Assembly (NCBI GenBank): GCA_021736565.1
Contig: JAIPFO010000001.1
Location: forward strand, 1-28,262
Length of the DNA stretch: 28,262 nucleotides
Reading direction: 5' to 3'
Origin: Phycisphaerae bacterium
GTDB taxonomy: Bacteria > Planctomycetota > Phycisphaerae > Sedimentisphaerales > SM23-30
The notes under the pieces were generated by a model. It was not told the DNA's origin. It did not search any database and was given only the letters and a program-made list of their open reading frames with translations. How positions within the stretch are numbered: the stretch's first letter is position 1; each line of letters begins with the position of its first letter. Positions 26,259 to 28,262 of this stretch are shown here, piece by piece. A program made the translations under genes and the position numbers.

Positions 26259-26843
26259 ATGCGGCCACATGCTTTTTCAGTATTAGAATTGATCGTGACC
26301 CTGACGATCGTGGCGTTACTCACCGTCGCGGTCCTGGGACTGTTGAATGGAACGACCGCGCAAAGTGCGCGGGTTAATCAGCGTATGGAGCAGATGGGTG
26401 CGATTAATATGTGCATGGACCGGCTGATGGATGATGTGATCAAGGCCGCTGAAGACGACACCCGGTGGCATGTTAAAAAAGGCTATCGTCAGCAAATGAA
26501 AACATCCCATCTGACCATCCAGCGAATGGGCGGCGGTGAAAAAAGCGACTTGATATGGCAGATCGACTGGATCGCCACGCCCAGTGAGGATGGCGAGGAT
26601 CTAACCTTATATCGCCGGGAGAAAACCGGCAAGAAAAATGACGAAACGGATGTGTTTATCCCGCTGTGCGAACATTTGTATTCGTTCGACGTGCAAATGA
26701 TCAACGAAGAGGGACTGGACGACCCCAATGCCGCCCCGGCGGTCATCCAGGTAAAGGCCGAACTGTTCCGGATGCCCGAACATGAACCGGATTTTTTACT
26801 GCCGGTCAATCAAACCTATTGCCTGCGGCGATTTGGCAAATAA
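26259..26843 (+). CDS. gspJ: Minor pseudopilin GspJ-like
   Basis: HA|FSVLELIVTLTIVALL...MDRLMDDV...LTLYRRE; position between I and K. Confidence 0.78.
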   Translation: MRPHAFSVLELIVTLTIVALLTVAVLGLLNGTTAQSARVNQRMEQMGAINMCMDRLMDDVIKAAEDDTRWHVKKGYRQQMKTSHLTIQRMGGGEKSDLIWQIDWIATPSEDGEDLTLYRREKTGKKNDETDVFIPLCEHLYSFDVQMINEEGLDDPNAAPAVIQVKAELFRMPEHEPDFLLPVNQTYCLRRFGK

Positions 26844-26877
26844 TCAATACCCCGATGGGGTGCGTAAGAAACAACAG

Positions 26878-28122
26878 ATGGAAAGACATTCATCACAATT
26901 GAATACGAAAGGCTCGCGCATCAACAAGCGAGGGTTCGTGCTGATGCTGACGTTAATGATGCTGGTATTGATCACCAGCGTGATCGTCAACTTTCAGGCG
27001 GACACCACCCTGCATGTGCGTGCCAGTACATTTCGCCAGGATTATGTGCAATGTCGGTACGCGGCCGAATCCGGAATGATTGCCGGGAAGTTTCTGGTCA
27101 TTGAGCTCCTCACCGATAGAAAAGCCCTGACTGCTATCAAACCCGGCAGCAGCCAAAAGAAGAAAACCATCGCCCTGGACCCCAATGCGCTGGACGACCC
27201 CAACACCCTCGACGACCTGATCAAAAATATACTGGCGGACCCCAATGCGCTGGAATTTGAAGAGGCACCCCTGGAAGAGAAATCCCAACGGAAGATGGAG
27301 TTACTTTTAAAGGAGAAGAGGATCCAGGTGGGCAAGGCCGACGTGTTGGTCCAGATCTTTGACGAAACCGGTAAGCTGCCGATGATGTGGGTGGCACAAT
27401 CCCCCTATATCGGCACCAAGGACCCCGATCTCCTCAAAAATCTCGGGAACTATCTCGGAGCCCCCCCGGCAACGTCCAGACGGGCTAAAAAAATTGCGGA
27501 TGACATCTCAAAACCCTTAAATATCCCCGCTGCGTTTAATTCTGTTCAACAGGACGGGAGCCGTACCAGCAGCTCCCGCCGTGCGACGAGCAGCTCTCAG
27601 CAGCAATGGAAAGTACGCGGGCTTCGCCTGTCAAGCAAAAAGCGAGCCGAACACAGCAAACAGCGGTACGATTCCATGGCGAGCTTTGCATCCACATGGA
27701 ACCGGGAGGTGCAACCCGACACAGATAATGACGTGCTACTGGAACCGCTGAACGCGCATCCCGGGGCATTTTCAGATTACCTGGGCACCTGGGGTCACGA
27801 CAAGGTCAACATCAATACCGCACCGGTCGAAGTACTTGAAGCGGCCTTAAAGCCATTGGGCGTCACACGGGCCATGGCCGAAAAGATCGTGACATTGCGT
27901 GAGGAGAAGCCGATAGGCCATCCCACAGCGTTACGTCAGTTCGATGAGTTCGAGGCATTGATCCCCGCGCTGGTCGCCTTGACCATGCCCTTGAGTAATA
28001 CCTTTACCATTCGTGTTACGGCCACGTTAGGCCGGACGGAATATACATTGTTTTCAGCGGTTTATAAATCCCCCTTTGCTGATGGCGGGATTATGACACA
28101 AGCTATTTATGCAGGAGAATAA
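26878..28122 (+). CDS. gspK: Minor pseudopilin GspK
   Basis: KRG|FVLMLTLMMLVLI (no Glu+5, typical of GspK), CRYAAESG, IFDETGKL, KVNINTAPVEVLEA, FTIRVTA. Start moved from 26782 to ATG 26878. Confidence 0.88.
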   Translation: MERHSSQLNTKGSRINKRGFVLMLTLMMLVLITSVIVNFQADTTLHVRASTFRQDYVQCRYAAESGMIAGKFLVIELLTDRKALTAIKPGSSQKKKTIALDPNALDDPNTLDDLIKNILADPNALEFEEAPLEEKSQRKMELLLKEKRIQVGKADVLVQIFDETGKLPMMWVAQSPYIGTKDPDLLKNLGNYLGAPPATSRRAKKIADDISKPLNIPAAFNSVQQDGSRTSSSRRATSSSQQQWKVRGLRLSSKKRAEHSKQRYDSMASFASTWNREVQPDTDNDVLLEPLNAHPGAFSDYLGTWGHDKVNINTAPVEVLEAALKPLGVTRAMAEKIVTLREEKPIGHPTALRQFDEFEALIPALVALTMPLSNTFTIRVTATLGRTEYTLFSAVYKSPFADGGIMTQAIYAGE

Positions 28123-28125
28123 CCT

Positions 28126-28262
28126 TTGGCTTCAAAACGTTGTTTGGGAATTTATTATAGCGATACAACCCTGGTGGCGGTACTCGCCGTCCGGCAGGGC
28201 CGTCAGGTACGCCTGGATGAGGTAATTCGAATCTCCCCCGACGCCGGCGGACCAGAACATCA
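28126..28262 (+). CDS. 5' part of a probable GspL/PilM-like actin-fold protein (runs off the window)
   Basis: TTG start after GCAGGAGA RBS; MASKRCLGIYYSDTTLVAVLAVRQGRQVRLDEVIRI matches the LGID-like beta-strand start of PilM/GspL; follows gspK. Confidence 0.6.
   Translation, partial: MASKRCLGIYYSDTTLVAVLAVRQGRQVRLDEVIRISPDAGGPEH

Overview
This is a bacterial chromosomal window, probably from Planctomycetota (Phycisphaerae-like). That assignment is inferred from a DUF1559-type prepilin fragment, a PEP-CTERM gene, a DUF1573/multiheme cytochrome gene pair and DPN-rich motifs. It has three parts. (1) Left, 67-4217: a zinc-ribbon membrane protein, pyrD and pyrK on the minus strand, with guaB divergent from them. 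(2) An AT-rich islet, about 4218-8126, at the 3' end of a tRNA-Ser(CGA). It holds an AsnB-like gene, a laminin-B-like PEP-CTERM gene and a truncated prepilin-type gene. (3) Right, 8512-28262: a histone deacetylase-family enzyme, a DUF1573 lipoprotein, a UshA-like/tetraheme cytochrome lipoprotein and a type II secretion system cluster (gspC-like, a divergent lipoprotein, gspD-E-F-G-H-I-J-K and the start of gspL). The most striking feature is the apparent lengthening of the T2SS periplasmic parts. The 1950-aa secretin has about 12 Secretin_N (KH-like) domains instead of 3, most carrying a Ser/Thr/Pro/Arg-rich disordered insert. The GspC-like protein has four Ig/PEGA-like spacer repeats. A family of ~77-bp GCGTCA...TGACGCG-bounded repeats also occupies nearly every intergenic gap from 9454 to 22972. 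All calls come from motif recognition by eye; no database searches were run.
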